Source of the DNA: Stegostoma tigrinum
Lineage: Eukaryota
Assembly: GCF_030684315.1 (NCBI RefSeq)
Contig: NC_081356.1
Location: 31,459,197-31,523,196 of the forward strand
Reading direction: 5' to 3'
DNA: 64,000 nt
Below are positions 12,400 to 27,184 of the stretch, piece by piece (position 1 is the stretch's first letter; every line of letters starts with the position of its first letter). The notes beneath the pieces were generated by a model. That model was not told the DNA's origin and did not search any database. It was given only the letters and a program-made list of their open reading frames with translations. A program made the translations under genes and the position numbers.

Positions 12400-13150
12400 T
12401 GAACCATCAAAACATTACGGCACAGAAGGAGACCATTCAGCCCCTTGTGTCTCTGCTGAAAAAAAAACTAGCTACCCATGATCATGCCACTTTCCAGTAC
12501 CTGATCCAGAACCTTGCAGGTTACACCACTTCAGGTGAATATCCAGGTACCTTGGTTCCTTTAAGGTATAACATTGAACCAGGCCATTCAGCCCAATGTC
12601 TGTGATCTGCTGCTTGTATATAAGTAATAATAGAGCATTCAGCTCCAGTAACGACATTTCGGGAAGTATGTGAGGGTGCAGAGCAGGTTTGCAAGAATGA
12701 TTCCAGGAATAAGGGAATTTAGCGAGTATGTCAGATCGGAAGAACATCTGTTGTTCTACTTCAAGCAAAGGGCATCAAGGGGAGATTTGAGATCAGAGAT
12801 AATAGGAACTGCAGATGTTGGAGAATCCAAGATAACAAAGTGTGGGGCTGGATGAACACAGCAGGCCAAGCAGCATCTTAGGAGCACAAAAGCTGAGATT
12901 TGACAGGTTGAAGATAAAGCAAATCTCACATCTGCGAATGATATAAGGGCATACCATTTTAAGGCTTTAGGCAAAAAATATCCACGGGGATGTGAGAAAG
13001 AATGTTTGCTTTTAACACAATTATTGAGTAGTCTTGAATCCCTGCTCCCAAGGGTGCTGGAAGTTGTCATGGTCATTGGGGGATATAAACTTTGCAAAGC
13101 TGCACAGACTCATTGGGCTGAATGCCTGTTTTGCTGTAATGACTCTATGA
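12400..13150. mobile_element. CR1-type LINE 3' fragments in both orientations
   Basis: CR1 tails (GGAGACCATTCAGCCC; GGGCTGAATGCCTG) and RVQSRFARMIPG remnant. Confidence 0.65.
12791..12894 (-). mobile_element. Short Penelope-derived element, 9-bp TSD GAGATTTGA
   Basis: TSD at 12782-12790 and 12895-12903; near-identical to 43431-43497. Confidence 0.8.
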
Positions 13151-13529
13151 GCCTCCTCCCTCTCATCTTTATCTTCACCTTGTCAATATATCCTTATAAT
13201 CTTCTTGCCTTAATGTCTATCTGGTGTCGCCTTAAACTCTTATTAATCACTTCAACATTGAAATAATAATGTGAGCCTCTTCTGACATTTAATGGGATAA
13301 TGGCTGATCTATCCTCAATTCCTTTAACCCATCTCTTCCACATATAATAATATTATTGGCTAAAAAAGCATATCATCACCAAATTTAAAGTGAATAATTT
13401 GCTGTTTGTGGAAGAATTCCATACAGCCATATCGGGTCAAGTAACCAAATGCACCGAGAAAAAAGATTGGCTTTAAGGAATATATAAAAGGGGTAAAACT
13501 ATTGCTTGATATTTATGGACCCTCCTCCT

Positions 13530-14961
13530 CTTGGATGTGATAGGACTGCAGAGCTTAGGTCTGATCCTTTGGTTGTGGGATCGCTTAGCTCTGTCTATCA
13601 CTTGCTGCTTATGCTGTTTGACATGCAAGTTATCCTGTTTGATGGCTTCACAGGTTGACACCTCATCTTCAACTATGCCTGGTGCTGCTCTTGGCATACC
13701 TTCTTGCACTCTTCTTTGAATCAGGGTTGATCTTTTTGATTGTAATGGTTGAGTGGGGATATGTTAGGCCATGAGGTGACAGATTGTGCTGGTGTACAAT
13801 TCTGCCGCTGTTGTTGGCCAGCAGCGCCACGTGGATGCCCAATCTTGAGTTGCTGGATCTGTGTGAAGTCTGTCCTATTTATCATGGTGATAGTGCTACA
13901 CAATGTGATGGAGGTTATTCTCAATGTGAAGGTGGGACTTCATCTGCACAAGGACTGTGTGATGGCCACTCTTACTGATACTGTCATGGATAGATCAGCT
14001 GCAGCTGGCAGGTTGGTAAGGATGAGGTCATGTATGTTTTTTTCTCTCATTGATTTCCTCACTGCCTGCCACAGACCCAATCTAATAGCTATGTCCATTA
14101 GGACCTGACTAGCTCAATCAGTAGTACTGCTGCTCTTGGTGGTGGACATTGAAATCCCCCAATCACAGTACATTTTGTGCCTTTGCCATCGTCAGTGCTT
14201 CCTCCAACTGCTGTTCAACATGGAGGCGGTACCGATTCATCAGCTGAGGGAGGACAGTATGTGGTAATCAGCAGGAGGCCTTGCCCATGTTTGACCTGAA
14301 GCTATAAGACTTCATGGGGTCCAGAGTCAATGTTGAGGACTCCAAAAGCAACTCCCTCTCGACTGCATACCTCTGTGCTGCCACCTCTGCTGGGTCTGTC
14401 CTGCCAGTGAGACAGGATGTATCCAGGGATGTTGATGGTGGTGTCTGGGACATTGTCTGTAATGTATGCTTCTGTGAGTATAACTATGTCATGCTGTTGC
14501 TTAACTAGTCTGTGAGACAGCTCTCCCAATTTTGGCACTAGCCCCCAGATGTTAGCAAGGAGGACTTTGCAGGATCGTTAGGGCTGTTTCTGCCTTTGTC
14601 TGTTCCAATGCCTAGGTCAATGCCAGGTGATCTGTCCAGTTTCATTTCTTTGAGACTTTGTCATGATTGGTACAACTGAATGGCTTGCTAGACCATTTCA
14701 GAGGGCAGTTGAGAGTCAACCATATTGCTGTGGGTCTGGAGCCAGACCAGGTAAGGACGTTAGATTTCCTTCCCTGATAGGTTTTTCCGACAATTGACAA
14801 TGTTTTCATGGTGATCAGTAGATGCTTAATTCCAGTTTATGTTTATTATATTCAAATTCCACCATATGCCATGGTGAGATTTGAACCCGGGTCCCTAGAA
14901 CATTAGCTGGGTTCCTGGATTAACAGTCTAGTGATAATACCACTAGGCCATCGCCTACCCC
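13530..14961 (-). mobile_element. LINE 5' portion: tRNA-like head followed directly by decayed APE endonuclease
   Basis: Box A TGGCCTAGTGG (14950-14940), box B GGTTCAAATC (14887-14878); KVLLANIWGLVPKLGELSHRLVKQQHDIVILTE...DRPSRGG matches APE motifs. Confidence 0.8.
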
Positions 14962-15552
14962 TGTGATATTTTACGCTGTAGCATAATGTACTTCAACAAA
15001 GATTGATATAGCAAATAATGCCATTCTTTCGGGAGGGAAAAGACTACAGATAAATTGAAGTTATGTTCTAGAAATAACATTCTCAAAATGATTAAGCCAA
15101 TATATCCTACCAGACCTTAACTGGGATGTTCATAGTACCATGAGGGAATCTTTGCGTGCAAAATATATGGCACAATATCTAGTGGGAATTTTCTTTTTAT
15201 CTTTATTGTCACATTTTGGGATTCCCATCTGTTGTAGCTGGTACAAGGATTCTTAACTTCAGGCACAAGTGGTTTTGTTAGGGATTGAAAGCCAAATATT
15301 TCACAAAAGTGGAAATTGTCAGTATCCATTCTAAATGAAAATTGGTCTGGATTTTATAGAATAAAATGAGCCAGCTATTAAAAAGTTATGATAGTAAGGC
15401 AAACAAATAGGTTGTTAAATAATCCCAGTTTAAGTTCCGAGCTGTTCTGTTGAAATAATTGGGACCAGCTGAGATGCTGGCCTTTATTTCAAGTGGTCCA
15501 AAACATAAATGACTGAAAATTGAAATACGGTGTTGGAAGTCATAGTCAATAC

Positions 15553-15985
15553 AGTGTGGAGCTGGAAGAACACAGCAGGTCACGCAGCATCAGGTGAACA
15601 TGAAAGTTTTGGATCTGGACCCTTCATCAGGACTGGGGAAAGGGAGCTCAGAAATAGATAAAGGCAGGTGGGCTGGTGTTAGGTGAATGCAGGTAGGGGA
15701 TGTAGAGTTTGGTCAATTGGAAGGGTGGAGCGGATCGGTGAGAAGTAAGAAGAACAGGTTGTGTCAAGTCAAGGACGCAGGAATGAGAGGGAGGGCTGGA
15801 CATGGGATGAAGCCAGGGGTGGGGAGACTTTTGAAGCTCATGACTTCTATGTTGAAGCCATTGGATTGTAAATTCCCAAGGTGGAATATAAGGTGTTCTT
15901 CCTCCAATGCTCCTGTGGCCTCATTGTGATACTGGAGGAGGCCCAGAATGGACATGCTGCCAAGGGAGTGGGAAGGGGAGCTAAA
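15553..15985 (-). mobile_element. Penelope-like element 3' fragment (GIY-YIG tail plus terminal repeat with degenerate hammerhead)
   Basis: LEEEHLIFHLGNLQSNGFNIE; CTGATGAAGGGTCCAGATCCAAAAC on the minus strand. Confidence 0.75.
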
Positions 15986-16171
15986 TTACATAAAACACTG
16001 GTTAGTTAAACTGCAATTACGCAGCACCTTTATTTTTAAAAAATCTTGGGTTGACTCAAAACATTTACAACTAATCAAGTATTTTGAAGTGTAGTGCTCT
16101 TGTAATGTGGGAAAGATTAGCCAACATGTTCACAGCAACGTCCTGTTAAAAACACCAAAATGACCAGAACT

Positions 16172-16364
16172 CGGTAAACTTAGTGTGAAGCTCGAGGAAC
16201 ACAGAAGGTCACGCAAATGTCAGCTACTGGCACCTGTTCTGAAGAAGGGTCCTAACTCAAAACAACAATTTTCCTGCTTTTCGGATGCTGCCTGTCCTGC
16301 TGTGTTCCTTCAGTTCCACACCTTGTTATCTCAGACTCCAGCATCTGCAGTTCTTGCTGTCTCC
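16172..16364. mobile_element. Palindromic Penelope-derived element, 14-bp TSD AAATGACCAGAACT
   Basis: TSD at 16158-16171 and 16365-16378; CTGAAGAAGGGTCCTAACTCAAAAC hammerhead remnant. Confidence 0.8.
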
Positions 16365-16454
16365 AAATGACCAGAACTGGTTTTTTTTGTAATGTTCATT
16401 GAGGCTAACGGCTGGATAGAACACAGGAGAAACCTACCCTGCAAACCTTTAGAA

Positions 16455-16527
16455 TAGTTCTATCAGATATTACATATTCGTAGAACAGAATATCTGTGAA
16501 GTGAATATGTAATATCTGATAGAACTA
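16455..16527. repeat. Perfect 25-bp inverted repeat with 23-nt spacer
   Basis: TAGTTCTATCAGATATTACATATTC (16455-16479) and GAATATGTAATATCTGATAGAACTA (16503-16527). Confidence 0.95.
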
Positions 16528-16789
16528 CTCAACATCTCAATGAAAGTTGGTGCATCCAAGTGTAGTCATCCCTCAAAACTATAGAAGTTTTTTTGTGATC
16601 AATTCTCTGGAGTAGGGAGCTTGAACTCATAGACTCCTGAAACTGGAATGCAAGTACAGCCTGTTAACATCATGAGATAGCACCATAAGCTTCAATCTTA
16701 TTAATTATACATTTGGAAAACATTTAAATTGAAATAAGATCTAGGAACAGTTGTTAATGATTTTAAAAACAGGAATCGAAGAAGTATTT

Positions 16790-17434
<645 letters not shown>

Positions 17435-18589
17435 TGATCTTGGTGGCGTTGATAGTATTGAATAGGCTTGTTTGCAAATGTCAGCTACTGGCAAATGGAA
17501 ACCTGCATCTCTGATTACTGTGATTTTTAATTTTAAAATGTGTAGGACATTAAATGCTTGGATGAAAAGCAAACTGTTTTGGTCTACATGGAAGAATGGT
17601 AACTGTCACTGACAACTTTTCCTAGGTTAACTATTCAAAAACACTTCACGCAAGACTTAGAACTGCTAATCTTATTTCTAAACGCATCATTTGTGCAGTT
17701 ACTGTCAAAGGATAAAATTATAAAATGTATATGTTTATCTGCTGTTCATGGTCATGAGTTTCCTGAGTGACTTTAAAATTGTTTCTAGCTTGGTGCTGTT
17801 TTATCACACTTTCTAGTTGAAAAATGTCAGTGTAAAATTTGGCAAATTTCTGACCTTGCATACATTTGAGGTTCTGAGCAAGAGTTGAGGAACTTCTCTG
17901 GAATAGAGGACGACGTGTGAAGTTGCAACATTGACTGTCTTATCTACAACAGACATATTTAACGTATCCGGAGATGAGAGCAGATGCTATAATATTGGGC
18001 AACAAATGTATGCATACGTGTCAAGTTTTCTCCTCCATGCCTCTAGTTTCTTGCAAATACTGGGGGCTTTTCTTGGAGTCTATGGAACCCGGGTACCTTC
18101 TGGTACATCCCTGAGGTGGTTTATTTACAAGTGCTGATTTGTCATTTGATTTGGATAAGAAAAAAAGCAAAAATTGTCCATAGCTGCAGTCATTGAATGG
18201 AGGTCATAATGTGACCATTAGCCCATGTGTCAGAAGATCCAGGTAGTACCTTTCGGATCCTTAGAATGTAGTGAAGTATTTCATTTCATTAATTATTTTT
18301 GAAACACAGTCACTTAAGTATGCAAAATGGCAGCACTTCAATGCAATAGCCTATTTCAGATTAATGACCTTCTTTCTAACTTTAGGTCCAGTGGAAATCA
18401 CCTTGTGTTCACCACAATTACAGGAATAACTTTTCAGGGCTCTTAATTTGCCAGATTTTACATGAAAACCAAAAATATCCATGTAGGTAATTGGAACAAG
18501 ATTTTCTTAGTTACTTTTTTTGTGCATTTTCTTTTATCAAACCAATTGGTCGTACTTTAAACAGCAAGAACATTACAGTTTAAAAGGAG

Positions 18590-18773
18590 ATAGTAAGAAC
18601 TGCCAATGCTGGAGTCTGAGATAACAGTGTGAGTTGGAGGAAGGCAGCATTAGAGGAGCAGGAAGCTGACGTTTTGGGTCAGGACCCTTCTTCTGAAGAA
18701 GGGTCCCAGCCTGGAACATCAGCTTTCCTGTTCTCCTGATGCTGCCTGGCCTGCGGTGCTCTTCCAGCTCCCC
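18590..18773. mobile_element. Palindromic Penelope-derived element with two inverted hammerhead motifs, 15-bp TSD
   Basis: TSD ACAGTTTAAAAGGAG 18575-18589 / ACAGTTTAAGAGGAG 18774-18788; centre GGACCCTTCTTCTGAAGAAGGGTCC. Confidence 0.8.
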
Positions 18774-19054
18774 ACAGTTTAAGAGGAGCTGTTTGGGAGA
18801 AGCTTACATTAGATTGAACTATATTTGGTATTAGTATTCTAGTGGATGGATTGGAGGCTAGGTGGGGACACCATAAAATCTGTGCTTCTTTCTCTACCTG
18901 TGATATTTATCATACTGGATTTCTATTTATAGTTGCAGAATAATCAATAGAAATTATAAAAATGCATGTTACTTAATGTTTGCCAGTCTTTTTAATCAGT
19001 TGGTAATATTAGATTTTAAAAAATGATAATGGTAATAATTGCTTCTTGTTTTAA

Positions 19055-19258
<204 letters not shown>

Positions 19259-21239
19259 TAAGCGTGACATGACTTCAGCCATATATTGACAATTATTGAA
19301 GAGTATCAGCATGTTCATAAATCAGTGGCTTATAGATAGACCTGACTTATACTGACATCATCTTAAATATTTCTGATAATTTGCTTCCTCAGTTATCTTT
19401 CTCACATGGTATTCTCGTCAACTGTATTTGCAAAGTCCCAGTTTAACAAATAGTGTAATTCATATGGGAAATAAATTTATAAACTGTTAGAAATTGAACT
19501 TCTAACTTTTGTCAGGCAACTAGAAAAGCTAGAATGATTTTAATTGAGAAGCTAAAGATTGAGAGGTTGAGATTGTTGGAGAAACTGATTCCATTGACAG
19601 GAAAGTCAACAGCCAGAAGAGAAATTTAAAATGATTGGCAAAAAAAATTCAAGGAGGAGAATTACAATTGTTTTCTGCAGCAAGTTGTTACAATCCAGAG
19701 TGTTGGAGACAGATTGAATGAAACCTTAGACCACAAGAGCAGGAGTGGACGTTCAGCGCATCAAGACTGCTCTGCCATTCAGTGAGACATGGTTGATCTG
19801 ATGATGCTCAACTCTGTTTTCCTGTGTTTTCTCCGCAATCCTTGATTCCCTTACTAATTAAAAATCTACCTGTCTGTCTTGAATATCAATAACAACCCAT
19901 CCTCAATGTAGGTAATTTTCTTTTGACAGTTACTGTGTAGTTTAAAAGGAAGGGTTGTGGGGAGTAGGATTAAGTGTACAGCTCTTTCAAAGAGCTAGTT
20001 CACACAATAGGCCAAATAATGACCTCATGCTGCATTTTTCTGGGCACTGAAAGATATGGACTATCTTATATGTTAGAAGTTAGAAAGCAATTGTGGTATG
20101 CTTTTCTTCCGTAGCTATAACATTGAAGTAGTTTCACTTTATGATAGTTGGGTTTGACAAGCTATGATGGTTCAGTTACATGCTTGCAGTCAAAAATCTT
20201 GATTTGGATTCCTGTCACAAATTGCAAAATGGGAAAAATTCACCATTTATTGAATCTCCTGGGGTAAACTAAATTCCTTCAGTGAAAGGAATTTGCCACC
20301 CATATCTTATAAGGCCAACATGAGTCCAGACCCCCACAGTATGTTTTATTTTTCCTCCTAAAAGGGCAAAAACAAATGATTTTACTAAAGTCGGCAGTAG
20401 TCATGTGTTAAATAACAGACTGCATAAGTGTTTGGGTGAATATTAAATAAAATTAGGGAAATCAAGTTTCAAGAGATCTGAAAAAGAAGGGCTATCGGGT
20501 CATTCCGAATGGATAAATTCACACATAAATCTCCTTATGTAATTTCATGATTGTTTTGATACATATATTAATGTTTACCTCGGATTTCCACAGCTTGTAA
20601 AATGTTGCAACAGCCTGTTATGTTCAAATTTATCGATATTCCTCACAGCCCATAAATTGAAATGCAGAGAATAGTTTGCAGGATTTTGCTAATTATGTTC
20701 AATGTGATCATTATGGGGCAACAAGTAAACCACCCAGCTACAATATTTTTAAATCATTGTTCTTTGGTCATTCTCTACCAAGCTGAACCCTATGCTTCCT
20801 GAGCGAAAAGATAGAGATTAATTGAAATAAATTGCATTCTTACCAAAAGCAATTTGTTTTCTTGCACCAGGTATGGTATTCACAATTTTAGTTATTTTGA
20901 TACAATAATGTATCTGCATATTGATTTAGTCTTTGTACAGTAAAACAAATAAAGCGGTTGTGGCTTTAAACAAATGATGAATTACTCCCCTCAAAGTACC
21001 ATGAATCTGTGGAATTCACTAACCTAGAGTACGATGCACACTGAGTATATTGGATGAGACAGAAAGATTTTTAATTAGTAATGTGTTAACAGGTTATAGG
21101 GAGTGTGCAGGAAAGTGGACTTGAGGCTGAGATAAAATCAGGCATGATCATATTAAATGGAGGAGCAGGCTGGTGGGGGTGAATTACCGACTGTACCTAA
21201 TTATGTTTAACTGTTCTTTGCACTTTTTTGTATTTTTAA

Positions 21240-21761
<522 letters not shown>

Positions 21762-22644
21762 TAAATTATGTAAACAATGGATAAAACTAAATTCTTTGTC
21801 TTTAAGAACCTTCAGTCGTATAATGTTTCTATAATGGAGAGCATTCAGTTTAAAACATTTGTAGCATACACACCTAAGCACGCAGGACAAAGAATTACAT
21901 CAAAGGGTAATGCACATGAACAGTTGTAAAATTTAGTAGTTAAAAAATTTGTGGAATCAAACTGATCAGTGATTCATGGTTCTAAATTGTTACTGATGTA
22001 AATTTTATATTGGGAAGATGGCTGGCTGCTTGAAATCCCTGATAGAATTCATTGTGAGATTTTTTTTTATTTGCTTGTCAGCTTTATACATTTCCTGCAC
22101 TCCTGAATTTGTTGATTCCTTCTACTGAGGTTTGTCATTGGATGACAATTAACTATGGTAACCTGTCCTATCTGACTGTTGGTAAACGTCAATGGATGTT
22201 CAGCTTAGGTTGTGGAAATGATGGGATTAAAGATGACCCGTGTCTTAAACACTGGGAATGTCAGTCTGGCCAGACCTGTAACAAAGTTAATGTTTCAGGG
22301 TGGTGATTGATCATCACAGCATGGGTGAAATGGTCTCATTGAATGGTGGAATATAGTGGAGAGACTAAAAGGCCTACCTGTGTTCCTGGAGGGATGTGTC
22401 CAAGCCCGATCTGATTCTCGGCCATAGCATGCAAATAAACTTCAAGCAGGATTCGTCAGGCTGCAGTGAGAACCCTAATTATTTTGTCTCCCATTCCATT
22501 ATCTAACACTGGCTATTATAACTATGGTTCCCAATGTTATAAACTAACTTAGCATGGTCCTGTTGTCAACATGGTCTTAGCTACTCACTGGGTGAACTCT
22601 CAAATTGAAGCAGGATAGAGCTGAATTGACTGACTCTTATTTAA

Positions 22645-22773
<129 letters not shown>

Positions 22774-24914
22774 ATACCTCTGCCTTACACTAGTGTTTAC
22801 AGAAGATGTCTTTTTATTTTAAAAAATGACTATTTTGATAATGAAAAATAAATATCACTGATCTAATAACTCAGGATTCCGTTTAAACAGCATACAGATT
22901 CAGTTTTTTTTTTACAGGCCTATTACAATTTAAATTCACCCCACAAAAAATACATACGCAAATTTTAGTGGAAATGTGTATTGATATAGAATCTGACTGC
23001 GCTGTTTCTGTTAGTCGAATTGTATTTTTTGCCTGGAAGGACTAACGTGGACAGATTTTTACCAATTTTGGTCACTTATTCATACAATATAAATATAGTA
23101 ATAGGTGAGTTGGAAATTGCATTGCCAAGGATTAGTTCACTGTAGAGTTTTTTGAGTTATAAATTAAAATGTCTTAGAAACCTAAATATGAGATCTAAAC
23201 TGCTATTTAACTTCCTAGGTGAAAGTTGAAATAATAGCTGTTCAGCATCAAATGGCAGAAGCTTTTGAGGTGCCTGCAAGTTACTGACTATATATACTAG
23301 AAAAATCAGTGGCTGCTCAAATACATGCAGCAGGTTTGTAAACACACATGCAGATTACAGTTTACTATTTATTACTTGCAGCCACTTTGTACATTATTTG
23401 TGATTGCAAATATTTTTGCCATTATTTATTCCCTAAGACAAAATTCAGATTTGTTTCACAAAATCAATTGAGCTGACAAAGTAGGGGATGGTCTGTTTTG
23501 TTTGGGCAACTTGGTTCTCTTAAGTCTTTCCTATGAGGAAATGTTGATAATGGTTTTGTGATAGTTTGCTGGTACTAGAATAGAATCATAGAATCCCTTC
23601 AGTGCAGAAAGAAGCCATCTGGCTCAGTGAGTCGGCACCGACCTTCCAAAGAGCATCCCACCCAGAGCCAGACCCATTGCAGTGAGCTATTAATCCTATT
23701 ATTATTAACCCTATTCCAAGTATAGCTGATCTTCTGTTTATGCAGTAGAGATCATGATGATAGAACCTATGCTGAACTAAGTACTTCCGATTCAGAATGC
23801 AGTGACGCTAATATGGAACACTAGTATAGCTAATCCTTAGTAACCACAGACTGATTTTCTAGAAAATATTAATTGAAAGGCAGAATTCTGCGAATGCCGG
23901 AAACCTGGAAGAAATGCAGAAGTTAATATTCAGCAGGTTAGACAGCACCTTGAAGAGAATAATATTAACATTCATGGTCATCAACTTGTATCACTAACTC
24001 TCTCCGCAGATGCTGTCTGACCAAGTGTTTGCAGCATTTTCTGTTTTATAATGGTTCCATTAAAATTTTATATATAACGAAGTGACTGGATTGTTACAAA
24101 TTAATCTCAGTGCTTGGTAAGGAATGTTAATATGTACCTGCACTTAACGATGTTTGACTAAATTGAGATGGATAATGGAATTTCAGTCAAAACAATCCAC
24201 CTTCTAATGTGCATCTTCCTTGGCTGTCGATCCTAAAAATAACTTCGCAGACAAGCAGAGGTTTTACCCCTTGTATGTAAATTTGATATATTCTGTCATT
24301 GATTTGGAATGAGGTGCCAAATCAATTGTCTTAATTACAAAAATGATTTTTAAAAATATGGATTAAAGGCACGCATTTGTTCTATTTTACAATTTTGGAA
24401 ACAATTTTTTTTTCTAGATTTTGAGGAAGAATATCTACATAAACAATAGAAGCAAGTATTAATAAAACAAAGCACAACTGACAGTTCAGAATGTCATTAA
24501 CTGCACAGTCTTTGAAATGTATTGCTAGTTAATCCATAATAGATTTTGGAAACCCCTCTTAGATTGGTAGTAATGCCTGTTCTTCAAAAGATGTCACAGA
24601 TATTTTGTATACCAATCGTATTGAAACTATAGGGGAGAAGGTGGTTGTGTCATAGGGTGGGTCAATACGATTTTGCTTACTAACAAATGTAAATCACTAT
24701 AGCTACTTCATTTTCATTAGTAAACTGGGATGTTACTTTGGATTTAGAATTCAAAACATCTCACAGTTCACCAAAGATGCTGCAATAGTTTCATTGTGAG
24801 AATAAAGCTCTTGCATGATTGGCTATTTAAAATCTCAGTTTTGATACAAAAATTTGAATTTATTTGGCACCTTTAGTACAGTAAAATATCCAAGGTGCTT
24901 CACAGGAAATAGAG

Positions 24915-25300
24915 AAAAGAACTTGCATTTATTTGGTGCCTTTCATATCATAAGGTTGACCAAAAGCACTTTACAGCCAATGAAACACTTTGAAGTGTAG
25001 TCACTGTCATAGGAAAGGTAACGGTCAATTTGCACACAGCAAGGTGGTAATAACAAGATGAACTTGTATTGTTGATTGAGGGATAAAGTATTGTCCAGAA
25101 TGTCAGTGTACCTTTGCTCCTTAAATAATGCTAAGGGACCTGAATGGGCGGACAGGGCACCAGTTTAAAGACTCATCTGAAAGATGGCCCCTCCAGCACT
25201 GCATTGGCATGTTGGCCTTGGATTTTGTGCTCAGGTCCTGGACTGGTATTTGAACCCACAGTCTTCTTACTCAGGCTAAGGATGCTGTCAAGTGAGCTGT
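24915..25300 (-). mobile_element. Deu-domain SINE (SacSINE1-like)
   Basis: AACTTGCATTTAT...CTTTACAGCCAATGAA...TGAAGTGTAGTCACTG...CTCATCTGAAAGATGGC...TTTGAACCCACA. Confidence 0.7.
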
Positions 25301-27184
25301 GGTTCAGGAGAATTAGCGGACAGAGTTTGATACTGAATCAGTATTAGGACAGGTGGCCAAAAATTTAGTTTTGGATCATGTTTTCCCTTTGTAATATGTA
25401 AAAAGAGAACGATAGAGGACCTCTCTTCTTCAGGGAACAGCAATTGACTTCAGGTGCCAATGTGCTTAGATGATACTTGTGCTGTACAAATCAAGAAGCT
25501 TCCAGGTTCAAAACCTGGTCTTTGTTAACTTAAAATTTGATGGGGTGTGTAGTCATATAGAATTTCCATGCACCCCTGGTTTGGCAAAGGGAACATTAGG
25601 CTCCTGATTACTGATCGTTTATCTGCCTTGATAAGTGTGCTGTATGGATAACAAGTGAAGACAAGATTAAACTAAACTGCTTTAATTTCCTTGATGTAGC
25701 TGACAAATCCCACAAGAGTTGTTGATCTAATCAAGGTTTTGCATGTGAATTGTGACCACTTAGTCAACAGGTATTGAAATCTTGACGATATTTATCCCTT
25801 AGCCGTTCTGCGGTGAAGAAAATTCCAATGATTACCACGATGGCCCTAGAAGTTTGCTGTCAGCAAATTGACTGCACATTAAGAATGTTGCTTTTTCAAC
25901 AGTGATTGCACTTCAGCTCATTACTGCAAAGCATTTTTGACAGCCTTCAGTGAAAAGCCCTATGTAAAGGCAAGGGTACTCTCTCCAACTCTACCTCTTA
26001 AAGAAATCAATGCCTTCAGAGGAAATGATCGGTGGAAGAAACAGTTGATAGAATAGTATTGGTGACACTTGGTTTTGGAGGCTGTAAGATATTGTTTGTT
26101 TGAACAAATATTCAGCAAGATATGAAAATCTACATTTTGAGGGAATGTGTTCTGGAAAAACTGCCTGTCTGATTTGTATTGTTGAAATGCATTTTGCCAA
26201 ACATTCTGTAGTACTTGGAGAGAGTCGGAATTGCTTGTTCTAATATTATGCTAATTGAGACTTAATGACAGTTTCAGAATTAATTCACTGGGATTAGAAT
26301 CTCTCTTTTTGCTCTGCCTGACAATTTATTTTTTTCTTGCTTTATACTGAATTTTGATTTTTAAAATAATTGAGACATTTCAGCAATGTATAGTACAGCA
26401 AGAAAATTGGTCATTATCGTTATCAAATTTATTCTCTTCAAAAACATTTTCCTGATACTCAATAAACAAGACAGTTGGACGCATAACTTAATTTAACGCC
26501 AGATAGTACTCAAATTATGAAGCAGAGTAATATCTGAACCATCTATATTGTAGATTTGTGTGTAATGTTGGTTTGGTTTTATAATATGTTACACAGCAGA
26601 AAATGTATAGAATGATATGTATCACTTTTTTCTAATTTGGGATCAGGATGCATACTTTTGCAGTTATTCCTGCAAGACATGATTGATCTGTTATGCAGAG
26701 TTTTACTTCTAGTTGCTTTTTTTTTAAAGTAAACGTTTTATAATTGAACAAGTGGAGGGCTTAAGTGCTGCTTGTTTTTTTTTAAATTCATTATTTTATG
26801 AATACCTTCATATGTTGTAAAGAGTGAAAATTCAAGTTCTTGGAAACAGATATAGACTATGTTTTAAATCGTATGTTTAAAATGGTTTCAAATATCTTAA
26901 AAGCCTTTAATTTGTTTGCACTTTAACGTTATTCTTAAAGTTTGACTCATTCAAGAAAAAGGTACCTGTAGTGGCATGTTGACTTGCATGTGAAGAAATT
27001 TTTCTGCTCAGCACAATTATTTAACAAGCTTTTCTGGCAAAATTCTGTAATAAAAAGGTTCCTGTTAAGATTGGGAAAATAACACAAAAGAAAACAGCAC
27101 ACTGCTCACTGATTCTAGCTGTGAATGAAAATCTTGCAAAATGTATCTACTAATCTGTATTTTTATGTAGCAGGATGTCTTTTC

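Larger units (their letters stand above)
16005..16690 (-). mobile_element. Deu-domain SINE (SacSINE1-like), interrupted
   Basis: TTTTGAAGTGTAGT...TGTAATGTGGGAAA...CACAGCAA and tRNA-like end GGGAGCTTGAACTCA; homologous to the 24915, 35110 and 56660 copies. Confidence 0.6.
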
